The notes beneath the pieces were generated by a model. It was not told where the DNA came from. It was given only the letters and a program-made list of their open reading frames with translations, and made no database searches. A stretch of DNA of 64,000 nucleotides from Anaeromyxobacteraceae bacterium. Its GTDB lineage: Bacteria > Myxococcota > Myxococcia > Myxococcales > Anaeromyxobacteraceae. Below are positions 49,876-59,442 of this stretch, in pieces (within the stretch, counting starts at the first letter, position 1; every line of letters begins with the position of its first letter). The stretch is taken from the NCBI GenBank assembly GCA_032654565.1, contig JAULAX010000010.1:215104-279103 (forward strand). Direction: 5' to 3'. The position numbers were made by a program, and so were the translations under genes.

Positions 49876-51668
49876 TCTCCCGCACCTCCCAGCGGGGCGC
49901 CCTGACGCTCCTGGCGGTGGCCCTGGCCTCGAGCGCCGGCGCCGACGTCTTCTCCCCCGGCGAGCTCTCCAGGCCGCACGCCGCCCTGGAGGGGCTCTCC
50001 AACTGCACCAAGTGCCACGAGGCCGGCGAGCAGCTCAGCTCCGAGCGCTGCCTCGGCTGCCACAAGGAGGTCAAGGTCCGGATGGCCGCCGGCACAGGGC
50101 TCCACGGGCGCATCAAGCCGGAGGAGCGGACCTGCCAGACCTGCCACCACGAGCACCAGGGGCGCGACACCAAGCTGGTGGAGTGGGGCCCGGGCGGCAA
50201 GAAGAGTCTCGACCACGCCCGCACCGGCTTCCCGCTGGAGGGCAAGCACCGCAAGCCCGACTGCGCCAAGTGCCACGACGCCCGCCGCATCGGCGACGGC
50301 GAGGTGCTCCAGGTGATCGCCAAGGGGCGAGACAGCATGCTGGGGCAGCCCACCGCCTGCGCCGCCTGCCACTTCGACGAGCACCGCGGCCAGCTCGGCG
50401 CCGACTGCCAGAAGTGCCACGGCGCCGAGGCCTGGAAGCCGGCCCGCTTCGACCACGCCAAGGCCGCCTACAAGCTGGAGCTCAAGCACGCCAAGGTGGC
50501 CTGCATGAAGTGCCACGCCGACCAGCCGGCGCCGCCGGCTGGCGACCTCGGGTCACGCACCCCCCCGGTGCGGCCGGCGCTCTTCGCCAGGTACAAGGGG
50601 ATCCCCTTCCAGGCCTGCAGCGACTGCCACAAGGACCCGCACCAGGGGCGGTTCGGCGCCGCCTGCCAGTCCTGCCACGCCCCGGACGACTGGAAGAAGA
50701 TGCACGGCGTCTCCAGGGAGAAGCTCTTCCACGAGAAGACCCGCTACCCCCTGCGCGGCGCCCACCTGCAGGCGCGCTGCGACGCCTGCCACGGGCCGTG
50801 GGGCAAGGAGAAGGGGGTCTTCCGCGGCCTCAAGTTCGACCGCTGCACCGACTGCCACCTCGACGCCCACCTCGGCCAGCTGGCCTTCGCCGCCGCCCCG
50901 GCCAGGACCTGCGACCGCTGCCACGGCATGGAGGGGTTCGCCCCGGTCCGCTTCGAGCTCGAGGACCACGACAAGCTGGCCTACCGGCTGGATGGGGCCC
51001 ACCGGGCCGTGGCCTGCGCCACCTGCCACCCCAAGGACCAGCGGCTGGAGGCCAGGGTGCCGGCGGCGGCCCGCGCCCGGCTCGAGTACCAGGGCCGGCC
51101 GGTGAAGCCCAGCCTGGCGCTGCTGAAGATCCCGCGCGCCAACGACTGCCGCACCTGCCACCGCGATCCCCACGCCGGCCAGTTCAAGGCCCGCACCGAC
51201 GCCGAAGGGTGCGTCGCCTGCCACGGGCTCGACTCGTTCAAGAAGACCCGCTTCGACCACGGCAAGGACAGCCGCTTCGCCCTCACCGGCAAGCACGCCA
51301 AGGCCGCCTGCGCCTCCTGCCACAAGCCCGGGGAGGGCGGCGCGGTCCGCTACAAGCCGCTCGCCGTGACCTGCGCCGGGTGCCACGCCGACGTCCACGC
51401 CGGGCAGCTGGCGGTGGCGGGGAAGGGGACCGACTGCGCCCGCTGCCACGACGGCGCCAGCTGGAAGGAGAACCTGCGCTTCGACCACCAGAAGGACGCC
51501 CGCTTCAAGCTGGAGGGGAAGCACAAGCCGCTGGCCTGCGAGAAGTGCCACGCCCCGGTGACGGTGGGCAAGGGCGTGATCGTGAAGCGCTACAAGCCGC
51601 TGCCGCTCACCTGCGAGGGGTGCCACGCCGACTTCCACCGCGGCGCCTTCAAGAGGTACCAGCCGTGA
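49872..51668 (+). CDS. Periplasmic multiheme cytochrome c (20 CxxCH)
   Basis: Signal peptide, FSPGELSRPHAALEG, 20 CxxCH counted, repeated FDH...F.L.GKH modules. Confidence 0.92.
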   Translation: MISRTSQRGALTLLAVALASSAGADVFSPGELSRPHAALEGLSNCTKCHEAGEQLSSERCLGCHKEVKVRMAAGTGLHGRIKPEERTCQTCHHEHQGRDTKLVEWGPGGKKSLDHARTGFPLEGKHRKPDCAKCHDARRIGDGEVLQVIAKGRDSMLGQPTACAACHFDEHRGQLGADCQKCHGAEAWKPARFDHAKAAYKLELKHAKVACMKCHADQPAPPAGDLGSRTPPVRPALFARYKGIPFQACSDCHKDPHQGRFGAACQSCHAPDDWKKMHGVSREKLFHEKTRYPLRGAHLQARCDACHGPWGKEKGVFRGLKFDRCTDCHLDAHLGQLAFAAAPARTCDRCHGMEGFAPVRFELEDHDKLAYRLDGAHRAVACATCHPKDQRLEARVPAAARARLEYQGRPVKPSLALLKIPRANDCRTCHRDPHAGQFKARTDAEGCVACHGLDSFKKTRFDHGKDSRFALTGKHAKAACASCHKPGEGGAVRYKPLAVTCAGCHADVHAGQLAVAGKGTDCARCHDGASWKENLRFDHQKDARFKLEGKHKPLACEKCHAPVTVGKGVIVKRYKPLPLTCEGCHADFHRGAFKRYQP

Positions 51669-52561
51669 TCGCCACCCTCCTGGCCCTGCTGCTGGCGGCG
51701 CCGGCCGCCCAGGGTGCGCCCCAGGCGCCGGCCCACGCCGGCAACGCGCTCCACGCCCCGGCCGTCGATCTCGCCCCCCGCCCCGGCCTCCACGCCGGGG
51801 GCGAGACCCGCTGCGGCAGCTGCCACACCGCCGAGGACTGGAAGAAGGTGAGCTTCTCCCACGAGCGGACCGGCTTCCCGCTCACCGGCCGCCACCAGGT
51901 GGTGGCCTGCCAGGCCTGCCACGTCGGCGGCCGCTTCGGCGAGCCGGTGGCCAAGGCCTGCTCGGCCTGCCACCGCGACGTCCACGCCCGCCGCATGGGG
52001 GCCCGCTGCGACCGGTGCCACGACACCGGCTCGTGGAAGGAGGCCAGCTTCGGCCCCGAGGCCCACCGCCGGACCAACTTCCCGCTCACCGGCCGCCACG
52101 CCGTCATCCCCTGCGAGCAGTGCCACGGCGACCGGCGCGACCGCGCCTTCTCCCGCCCCACCACCCGGTGCATCGCCTGCCACCAGGCCGACTACGATCG
52201 GACCGCGCTGGCCTCCATCCCCCACGCCGGCACCTTCCCCACCGACTGCCGCGGCTGCCACTCCACCTGGCGCTTCTCGCCCGGGACCTGGGCGGCCCAC
52301 GACGCCTGCTTCTCGATCCGCTCCGGGCCCCACGCCGGGATCAAGTGCAAGGACTGCCACACCTCCGGCCTGCCGCCGGTCCCGGCCGGCCCGCTCACCT
52401 GCGTGGCCAGCCCACCGGCCCACTGCACCGGCTGCCACAACCCCGCCGAGCACAAGCCGGTCTCCGGCTTCTCGTCGTCCGACCAGCGCTGCTACGAGTG
52501 TCACCGCTTCGCCACCGGCGCACCGAAGCTGGTGCCGCTGGGTAGAGGAGTCCGTCCATGA
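51665..52561 (+). CDS. Multiheme cytochrome c (10 CxxCH)
   Basis: GTG coupled to the upstream stop; signal peptide; 10 CxxCH. Confidence 0.9.
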   Translation: MIATLLALLLAAPAAQGAPQAPAHAGNALHAPAVDLAPRPGLHAGGETRCGSCHTAEDWKKVSFSHERTGFPLTGRHQVVACQACHVGGRFGEPVAKACSACHRDVHARRMGARCDRCHDTGSWKEASFGPEAHRRTNFPLTGRHAVIPCEQCHGDRRDRAFSRPTTRCIACHQADYDRTALASIPHAGTFPTDCRGCHSTWRFSPGTWAAHDACFSIRSGPHAGIKCKDCHTSGLPPVPAGPLTCVASPPAHCTGCHNPAEHKPVSGFSSSDQRCYECHRFATGAPKLVPLGRGVRP

Positions 52562-54021
52562 AGAAGCTCCCGCTCGCGTCGCTCTCACTGGCCGTGGTGC
52601 TGGCCACCGGCTGCGCCGACACCGCGCAGACCGGCCCCTGGCTGACCATGCAGGACGCCACCACCCACGCCGCCAAGTTCCCCATCGCGGTCGGTGACAC
52701 CCACGATCTCGCCGTGGTGGCCCCGCTCGGCAGCTGCAACGGCTGCCACGCCGACACCTCGAAGACGCCCTCGGTCCCCTCGTCCACCTTCAAGCACTTC
52801 AGCTGCACCAACTGCCACGTCCTGCTCAAGAGCGGCCTCTGGCACGACGACTCCCAGGCGCTCTTCAGCGCCTGGCACGTGGGGGCCGGGGTGAGCCAGT
52901 TCGACGCCACCGTGGCCGCCATGCCCAACGTGGTGGGCGGCGTGGCCCCGCTCGACGCCGCCTGCCGGTCCTGCCACCAGTCCGGCATCGCCGTGAACCA
53001 CTCGGTGCGCTTCGTGCTGCCGCACCAGAACGCCGCCGCCACCGTCGTGGCCAGGTGCGCCGACTGCCACGTGGTCCCCGGCAATCGCAAGGTCCTGGGC
53101 TGCGCCCAGTGCCACCCCCACGATCTCGCCCCCACCACCACCGCCCACGCCATGGTGCCCGGCTTCGTCGCCACCGACTCCATGCTCTGCGCCCGCTGCC
53201 ACGAGGACGGCAAGGTCCCGGTCCGGGTCACCGCCCACGCCGCCGGCGCCAAGGGGTTCATCGTCGGGGCCGGGACCCACGCCGGCCCCGCCGGCGGGGC
53301 CTGCCTGACCTGCCACGCCCAGAACAAGACCACCGTCCCCCGGACCTTCGTGGCCGACTTCAAGGTCACCACCTGCATCGGCTGCCACGTCACCGTCGGC
53401 GGCACCGCCCAGCACGACGACAGCGACGGCACCCTGACCACGCTCCACGCCTCGGTGCCCACCTTCACCAGCACCGTCGCCAGCCTGGGGCTCTCCGCCG
53501 CCTGCCTCTCCTGCCACACCGACGGCGCCGCCGGGGCCCCCTCCAACCACGAGCTGCTCTTCCCGCGCGGGGCCGGGACCAAGCACGCCGGGCTCGGCTG
53601 CGTGCAGTGCCACGGGTTGGGGGTCAAGACCAACCTCACCGCGCTCGCCTGCTACACCTGCCACGTCACCAACGCGGCCAGCGCCGTCCCCCCGCTGAGC
53701 GTGGCCACCTTCAACAGCAAGCACGCCGCGCCGCTCAACCACACCTCGACCGGCCAGAACACCTTCACCTTGCTCAACATGGCCAGCGGCGCCACCTGCC
53801 TGCGCTGCCACGCGCCCGCCACCACCAACCGGGCCGGCCCGATCATCCCCATCCAGGTGGCCCTGCACGCCCACGACGACAGCTCCATCAACTCCCTGAA
53901 CCACGTCAACGTGGGCTGCGTCGACTGCCACAACACCTCGCGGACGGTGCAGGCCAACTACCCGGCCCAGGACTTCACCAGGCGCAGCTGCCTCACCTGC
54001 CACACCAGCAACAACCCCTGA
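52558..54021 (+). CDS. Multiheme cytochrome c lipoprotein (14 CxxCH)
   Basis: MKK + hydrophobic stretch + LATGC lipobox; 14 CxxCH; Thr/Ala-rich. Confidence 0.9.
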   Translation: MKKLPLASLSLAVVLATGCADTAQTGPWLTMQDATTHAAKFPIAVGDTHDLAVVAPLGSCNGCHADTSKTPSVPSSTFKHFSCTNCHVLLKSGLWHDDSQALFSAWHVGAGVSQFDATVAAMPNVVGGVAPLDAACRSCHQSGIAVNHSVRFVLPHQNAAATVVARCADCHVVPGNRKVLGCAQCHPHDLAPTTTAHAMVPGFVATDSMLCARCHEDGKVPVRVTAHAAGAKGFIVGAGTHAGPAGGACLTCHAQNKTTVPRTFVADFKVTTCIGCHVTVGGTAQHDDSDGTLTTLHASVPTFTSTVASLGLSAACLSCHTDGAAGAPSNHELLFPRGAGTKHAGLGCVQCHGLGVKTNLTALACYTCHVTNAASAVPPLSVATFNSKHAAPLNHTSTGQNTFTLLNMASGATCLRCHAPATTNRAGPIIPIQVALHAHDDSSINSLNHVNVGCVDCHNTSRTVQANYPAQDFTRRSCLTCHTSNNP

Positions 54022-55652
54022 TGACCCCGCTCCTCCTCGCCCTGGCGCTCGCCGCCATCACCCCCGCCAGCCCACTCGAGGCGCCGCCCAGGCCCCGCGC
54101 CGAGATCCGCGGGCTCGCCCAGGTGGTGCAGGTGACCGGCGCCCGCGCCTACCTCGACGCCGGGGCCGACGACGGCCTGGTGATGGGGCAGGTGCTGGTG
54201 TTCCAGCGCGGCGCCCTGGAGACCGGGCCGTGCACCATCGAGGCCCTCTCGCCCAACCACGCCACCTGCGCCGGGGGCGGGGCCAGGCCGGGCGACACCT
54301 TCAAGCTGGCGCGCCGGGGCGGGGCCGAGGTCAAGGCGGTGGCGCTGCCGCCGCTCCCCTCCGACGATGAGCTGGCCCGGCGCGCCGAGCAGGTCTCGGC
54401 GGCGCCGGTGGCGCTGGTCGAGGCCAAGGCCCGGCCGGTGACCACCCGGCCGCTGGAGGCGCCGCGCGACGGCTTCGGCGAGCTGGTCCTCTCCGACGTC
54501 AGCTGGTGGAGCATCGACCAGGGGGCCTACCACGCCGATCGCGTCGACGCCGCGCTGCACGGGGCCCCGGTCGGCCCGTTCACCGCCGACGTCGACCTGC
54601 GCGCCGAGTACTGGTCGACCCAACCGGCGGCGGCGGTCTTCCGCCCCGCCTCGCAGGCCCGCCTGCAGGTCTGGCAGGCCCAGCTCACCTGGGCGCCGGA
54701 GGCCCGCTCCTTCTCGGTCTCGGCGGGGCGGGTGCTGGCCTGGAACGTCCCCGGCGCCACCTCCATGGACGGGGCCTCGGTGAGCTGGCGGCGCGGCGCC
54801 TTCACCGGCGGCCTGCTGGGCGGCCTGGTCCCGCAGCCGGACACCAGCTCGCCCACCACCACCCGGGCCACCGCCGGCGCCTTCTGGGGCTGGGACGGCA
54901 CCCTGGGGAAGGGCATCCTGGTCCGGCAGGAGGGGCGGCTCGCCCTGGTCCGCTCGCCGGAGCTGGGCAACCGGGTCGAGCTGCAGACCGGTGGCTCGGC
55001 CCACGCCGGGGCCTGGTTCGACCTCTTCGTCGACGCCCGCTTCGGGTTCGGCGGCGCCGCCCACGCCGCGGCCGGGCTCGACGGCGCGCGCCTGGAGGCG
55101 GCGGTGCGTCCGCTGGCGCGCCTCTCCCTCTCCGGCTCCTTCGACTACGGCGAGCTGATCATCCCCCAGGCCTTCACCCCCATGGCCTGGCCGGGCCGCT
55201 CCCGGCACGCCGACGCCACCCTCGCCTGGGACTTCGGGCTGGTGCGGGTCGGGGTGGCCGGCGGCGGCGCCCGCGACCTCTCCACCGGGATGGAGCGCGC
55301 CTGGGCCGGTCCCGAGCTGATGGTGCCGCGCGTCTTCACGCCGCGCCTGGCGCTCTCGGCTGGCTTCCAGGAGGAGCTGGGCTGGCTCAACGGCCGCAGC
55401 GCCTGGCTGCAGGCGGTGGCTCGCCCCTGGGACTCGGTGCGGCTCATCGCCCGGCTGAGCTGGGCCTACCAGGCCAACCTCGGCGTCGACCAGGACGAGT
55501 TCGGCGCCTACCTCTCCGCCTCCACCGAGCTGACCCGCCACCTCGGGCTGCGCCTCTCGGTGCTGGCCCGTGGGGCCGTCGCCCTCGCCGGGGAGGGCCA
55601 GTCCACCCCGTTCGGCTACAACGCGCTGGCCTCGATCTACGCCCTCTACTGA
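54021..55652 (+). CDS. Putative outer-membrane beta-barrel (porin) with N-terminal soluble domain
   Basis: Signal peptide; alternating amphipathic strands with many Trp/Tyr; ends ASIYALY (terminal aromatic residue). Confidence 0.72.
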   Translation: MTPLLLALALAAITPASPLEAPPRPRAEIRGLAQVVQVTGARAYLDAGADDGLVMGQVLVFQRGALETGPCTIEALSPNHATCAGGGARPGDTFKLARRGGAEVKAVALPPLPSDDELARRAEQVSAAPVALVEAKARPVTTRPLEAPRDGFGELVLSDVSWWSIDQGAYHADRVDAALHGAPVGPFTADVDLRAEYWSTQPAAAVFRPASQARLQVWQAQLTWAPEARSFSVSAGRVLAWNVPGATSMDGASVSWRRGAFTGGLLGGLVPQPDTSSPTTTRATAGAFWGWDGTLGKGILVRQEGRLALVRSPELGNRVELQTGGSAHAGAWFDLFVDARFGFGGAAHAAAGLDGARLEAAVRPLARLSLSGSFDYGELIIPQAFTPMAWPGRSRHADATLAWDFGLVRVGVAGGGARDLSTGMERAWAGPELMVPRVFTPRLALSAGFQEELGWLNGRSAWLQAVARPWDSVRLIARLSWAYQANLGVDQDEFGAYLSASTELTRHLGLRLSVLARGAVALAGEGQSTPFGYNALASIYALY

Positions 55653-55704
55653 CGGCGCGCCGTGTCGACGGGGCGCTGGGCCGCGGCTTGCAGCGACCAC
55701 GGCC

Positions 55705-56589
55705 ATGCGCCCGCTCGCCCTCCTCCTCCTTGCGCTGCTCGCCTGCGGGCCGTCCGCGCCGCGGACCGCCGCCTCATCCGCGGACCCTCCCGCCGTGGTC
55801 CGGGTGGTCAGCTGGAACGTCCACGACCTCTTCGACGAGGTGGCCGACCCGGGCACGCTCGACCCGGCCGTGGCACCCGCCGAGGTCGAGGCACGGCTGG
55901 AGGCGGTGGCGGCGGTGCTGCGCCGGCTCGACGCTGACGCCGTGCTGCTCCAGGAGGTGGAGCACCTGCCGCTGCTCCGCCGGCTCGCCGCCCGGGCCGG
56001 CTACCCGGAGGCCCGGCTCCTGGAGGGGAACGATCCGCGCGGCATCGACGTGGCGCTCCTCTCGCGCTGGCCGGTGACCGGCTACCAGGGGCACGGGGAG
56101 GAGCGGTCCCCCGACGGGCGGCCGCTCTGGCCGCGCGACGCCGTGGAGGCCGGCCTGTCGGTCGGCGGCCTGCGGCTGGTGCTGGTGGCCACGCACCTCT
56201 CCTCGCACCTCTCCGATCCGGACGGCGCCCGGCGTCGCCTCCAGGCGGCCCGGCTGCGTGAGCTGGCCGATCTCGCCGCCGCGGCCGATCCCGGGGCGCT
56301 GGTGGTGGCGGGCGGCGACCTGAACGACGAGGCCTCGGCGCCGGCCCTGGCGCCGCTCTTCGGAGATGGGCGCTGGCTCGAGGTGGGGCGCGCCGCGGAC
56401 GCCGCACCGGCCACCTACGGGCCGCCGCCCTGGACCTGGAGCGACGGCCGGCTGCGCCAGGCGCTCGATCACCTGGCGGTCGGCGCCGGGCAGGCCGGGC
56501 GGGTGCTGGCGGGCTGGGTGGCCGACGGCCCCGACGTGGCGGCGGCCTCGGACCACCGGCCGGTGGTGGCCGACCTGCGGGGAGGGTGA
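55705..56589 (+). CDS. Endonuclease/exonuclease/phosphatase family lipoprotein
   Basis: LLAC lipobox, VSWNV, LQEVE, GDLND, LDH, ASDHRPV. Confidence 0.88.
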   Translation: MRPLALLLLALLACGPSAPRTAASSADPPAVVRVVSWNVHDLFDEVADPGTLDPAVAPAEVEARLEAVAAVLRRLDADAVLLQEVEHLPLLRRLAARAGYPEARLLEGNDPRGIDVALLSRWPVTGYQGHGEERSPDGRPLWPRDAVEAGLSVGGLRLVLVATHLSSHLSDPDGARRRLQAARLRELADLAAAADPGALVVAGGDLNDEASAPALAPLFGDGRWLEVGRAADAAPATYGPPPWTWSDGRLRQALDHLAVGAGQAGRVLAGWVADGPDVAAASDHRPVVADLRGG

Positions 56590-56591
56590 AG

Positions 56592-56663
56592 TGAGGCGCG
56601 TGGGACTTGAACCCACAGCCACTGGCTTAAAAGGCCAATGCTCTACCATTGAGCTAGCGCCTC
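56592..56663 (-). tRNA. tRNA-Lys(TTT)
   Basis: GAGGCGCTAGCTCAATGGTAGAGCATTGGCCTTTTAAGCCAGTGGCTGTGGGTTCAAGTCCCACGCGCCTCA. Confidence 0.93.
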
Positions 56664-56787
56664 GGGGCGGCTCGCCGCGGTCGGTTGATACCACGGCCGA
56701 CGGGCCGGTTGGAGATCGCGGTCGGGCTGCTATCCTGCGCTCCGGTGCCCGGGTCGAGGCGCCAGGATCTCCAGCCAGGAGCACGCC

Positions 56788-57078
56788 GTGACCGACGCGC
56801 AGGTGAAGCAGGTGGTGAAGGCCTACCAGGACCGGCTGGAGCGGGAGGGGTACCGCCCGGCGCAGATCGACTTCGACCGGACCACCGCCAGCTTCCCGCG
56901 CAGCCGGCAGCTGGAGCACACCGCCTGGATGTGCCAGGAGATCCAGCAGGCGCTCGACGCCGGGGAGAGCGAGCGGGCCAGGCGCTGGCTCGGCTTCACC
57001 CAGGGGGTGCTCTGGGCCCACGGCATCTACGCCGTCAACGAGCTGCGCGAGCAGAACCGGGCGGTGGTGAAGGGCTGA
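56788..57078 (+). CDS. Hypothetical protein (RWLGFxQG motif)
   Basis: AGGAG RBS, GTG start, host-like codon usage. Confidence 0.7.
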   Translation: MTDAQVKQVVKAYQDRLEREGYRPAQIDFDRTTASFPRSRQLEHTAWMCQEIQQALDAGESERARRWLGFTQGVLWAHGIYAVNELREQNRAVVKG

Positions 57079-57174
57079 GGGCCCACCGCGCCGCGCCGTC
57101 CCGCGCCATTGGCGCCGCAGGCGTCAGCGGGCCAGGCGCGTGGCGCCCCCACGGGCCCGCGCTATGCTCCGCCG

Positions 57175-57942
57175 GTGAGCGCCGCGCCAGGCAGCTGGGA
57201 CCAGTGGCAGGTGGAGGCCCCCGGGGAGGTGGCGCTCTCGCTGCCCCTCGCCGGCGTCGGGGCCCGCGGGCTGGCGGCGCTGCTGGACCTGCTGGCGGTC
57301 TTCCTCTGCTGGATGGTGGGGCTCTTCCTCTACTCGATCTGGGGCGACCTGCTGGGACGCTGGCAGGGGCTCTCCTGGGTCGGCCAGCTGCTGCTGGTGG
57401 CCGGGATCCTGGCCGCCGGCTGGGGCTGGGACGTGGCCTGGGAGGTGGCGTGGCGCGGCCAGACCCCGGGGAAGCGCGCCCTCGGCCTGCGGGTCATCCA
57501 GCTCGACGGCGCGCCGGTGGGGCTCCCCGAGTCCCTGGTGCGCAACGCGCTGCGGGTGGTGGAGCTGCCGCTCGGCTACGCGCCGGCGGTGCTGGCGGTG
57601 GCGCTCTCGGGGCGGCGGCAGCGGCTCGGCGACCTGGTGGCCGGCACCCTGGTGGTGCAGGAGCGCCGCTTCGACCTCTCGCGCTACGGGGCCCCGGCCG
57701 CGGCCGAGGCCCGCTGGCGCCACCTGCAGGGGCGGGCGCCGGGGCTGCTGGCCCCGGCCGACTTCGAGCGGCTGCTCGACTTCCTGCGGCGGCGGGAGGA
57801 GTTCGACGCCGGGGCGCGGACCCGGCTGGCCGGGCGGCTGGCCGAGGTGCTGGCCGCCCGCGCCGGCGTGGCCCCTCCGGCGGCGGCCGAGGCCGAGTCC
57901 TTCCTGGAGGCGCTCCACGCCTTCGCCGCCGAGGGGACGTGA
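57175..57942 (+). CDS. RDD family membrane protein
   Basis: AGVGARGLAALLD, GQTPGKRALGLRVI, RQRLGDLVAGTLVV. Confidence 0.88.
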   Translation: MSAAPGSWDQWQVEAPGEVALSLPLAGVGARGLAALLDLLAVFLCWMVGLFLYSIWGDLLGRWQGLSWVGQLLLVAGILAAGWGWDVAWEVAWRGQTPGKRALGLRVIQLDGAPVGLPESLVRNALRVVELPLGYAPAVLAVALSGRRQRLGDLVAGTLVVQERRFDLSRYGAPAAAEARWRHLQGRAPGLLAPADFERLLDFLRRREEFDAGARTRLAGRLAEVLAARAGVAPPAAAEAESFLEALHAFAAEGT

Positions 57943-58958
57943 GCGTGGCCACCGGCCCGGCGCGGGAGGCCGCCGGCCGGCCGCGGAGCGTGGCCGCCTT
58001 CGTCCGGGCCCGCCGGAGCGGGTGGGAGCGGCTCGGGGCGCTGCTCGACCAGGTCGAGGCCGGCCGGCTGGCGGTGGCCGAGGTGGAGGAGCTCGACCGG
58101 CTCTACCGCAGGACCATCGCGGACCTGGCCCTGGCGCGGACCGCCTTCCCCGGCACCGACGCCGAGGGCTACCTGGCCCAGCTGGCGGCCCGGACCTTCG
58201 CCGCGCTCCATCGGCGGCGCCGGGGGAGCTGGCGTGCCGCGGTGGCGCTGCTGCGGCGCGACGGGCCGGCCCAGGTGATCGGCCACGGCGCGGCGCTGGC
58301 CCTGGCGGCGGGGCTGCTGGCGGCGGGGCTGCTGGGCGGGGCGCTGGGCACGGCGCTCGATCCGGAGGGGTTCGCCTGGCTGATCCCGTCGGGGGTGCGC
58401 GAGGCGCTGGCCCAGAAGCGGCTCTGGACCGACGCGCTGCTCAGCGCCGCGCCCGGGCTGGCCGGCGGCGCCATCGCCCGGAACAACATCTCGGTGGCGG
58501 CGCTCTGCTTCGCGGCCGGGCTCACCGGCGGGGTGGGCACGGCCCTGCTCCTCGTCGGCAACGGCGCCGTGCTGGGGGCGGTGCTGGTGGCGGCCTGGCG
58601 GGCCGGGCTCGGCGCCGGGCTGGCCGGCTTCGTCGCCGCTCACGGGCCGGTCGAGCTGAGCGCGCTGGTGCTGGCCGGGCAGGCCGGCTTCGTGCTCGCC
58701 CGCGGCCTGGTCAGGCCCGGCGAGTGGCCGCGGCGGGAGGCGCTGGCGCGGCGCGGCCGGGAGGCGGCCCGGATCCTGGTGCTGGTGGCGCCGCTGCTGC
58801 TGCTGGTGGCGGCCGTGGAGGCGACGGTGTCGCCGAGCGATCGCTTCCCGCTGGCGGCGCGGGTGGGGCTCGGCCTCGGCCTGGCGGCGGCGGTCTGGAG
58901 CTACCTGTGGCGCGCCGGCCGGGCCGAGGCCAGCGCGACCTCGGGGCGCGAGGGGTAG
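57939..58958 (+). CDS. SpoIIM-family (DUF95) membrane protein
   Basis: ELDRLYRRTIADLA, IARNNISVA, HGPVEL, AAVEATVS; coupled to the RDD gene. Confidence 0.85.
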   Translation: MSVATGPAREAAGRPRSVAAFVRARRSGWERLGALLDQVEAGRLAVAEVEELDRLYRRTIADLALARTAFPGTDAEGYLAQLAARTFAALHRRRRGSWRAAVALLRRDGPAQVIGHGAALALAAGLLAAGLLGGALGTALDPEGFAWLIPSGVREALAQKRLWTDALLSAAPGLAGGAIARNNISVAALCFAAGLTGGVGTALLLVGNGAVLGAVLVAAWRAGLGAGLAGFVAAHGPVELSALVLAGQAGFVLARGLVRPGEWPRREALARRGREAARILVLVAPLLLLVAAVEATVSPSDRFPLAARVGLGLGLAAAVWSYLWRAGRAEASATSGREG

Positions 58959-59278
58959 CGCGCCGCCGGGGGGGCGGGGGGCAGCGCCCGGGCCACCAGC
59001 CGCTGGTCGGTCTCCAGCCGCGAGAACCAGCGGGTGGCGCGGGCCCGAACCGTGGCCCAGCGCTGGTCCTCCGGGCTGGCCAAGGGCAGGGTGGCCGGGG
59101 TGGCCTGGTGGGCCGGCACGCCGGTGCGCCGGGCGCCGGCCCGGGCGCGGAAGACCTCGTCGTACTGCGAGCAGTAGGTCCGGGCGCAGAGCGGGCACTG
59201 GAAGTAGTGCACCGGGCTCCCAGCCGTCGACCAGCTGGTCATCGTCACCTGGCAGTGGGTGCACTCGACGGCTTCCAT
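58901..59278 (-). CDS. Small Zn-ribbon hypothetical protein
   Basis: MEAVECTHC...YFQCPLCARTY. Confidence 0.7.
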   Translation of the reverse strand: MEAVECTHCQVTMTSWSTAGSPVHYFQCPLCARTYCSQYDEVFRARAGARRTGVPAHQATPATLPLASPEDQRWATVRARATRWFSRLETDQRLVARALPPAPPAARYPSRPEVALASARPARHR

Positions 59279-59361
59279 GCCGACGGTGATATCACCCGAT
59301 CTCGATCGGTCAAGAAACCCTTCGGGATCATTCGGGTATCCGGCGCGTTGTCGCACCAGGA

Positions 59362-59417
59362 GACCTCGGTGCGACCTCGGTGCCGGGCATGACGACACCT
59401 CGGTGCCGGACATGACG
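59362..59417. repeat. Short tandem direct repeats
   Basis: ACCTCGGTGC x3; ACCTCGGTGCCGG(G/A)CATGACG at 59374 and 59397. Confidence 0.7.
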
Positions 59418-59442
59418 GAGCGGCGAGGTAGGGTGTTGCCGG

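Noticed and set aside
59362..59417. Possible CRISPR or iteron array
   Set aside because: Units abut with no unique spacers; no rep or cas gene
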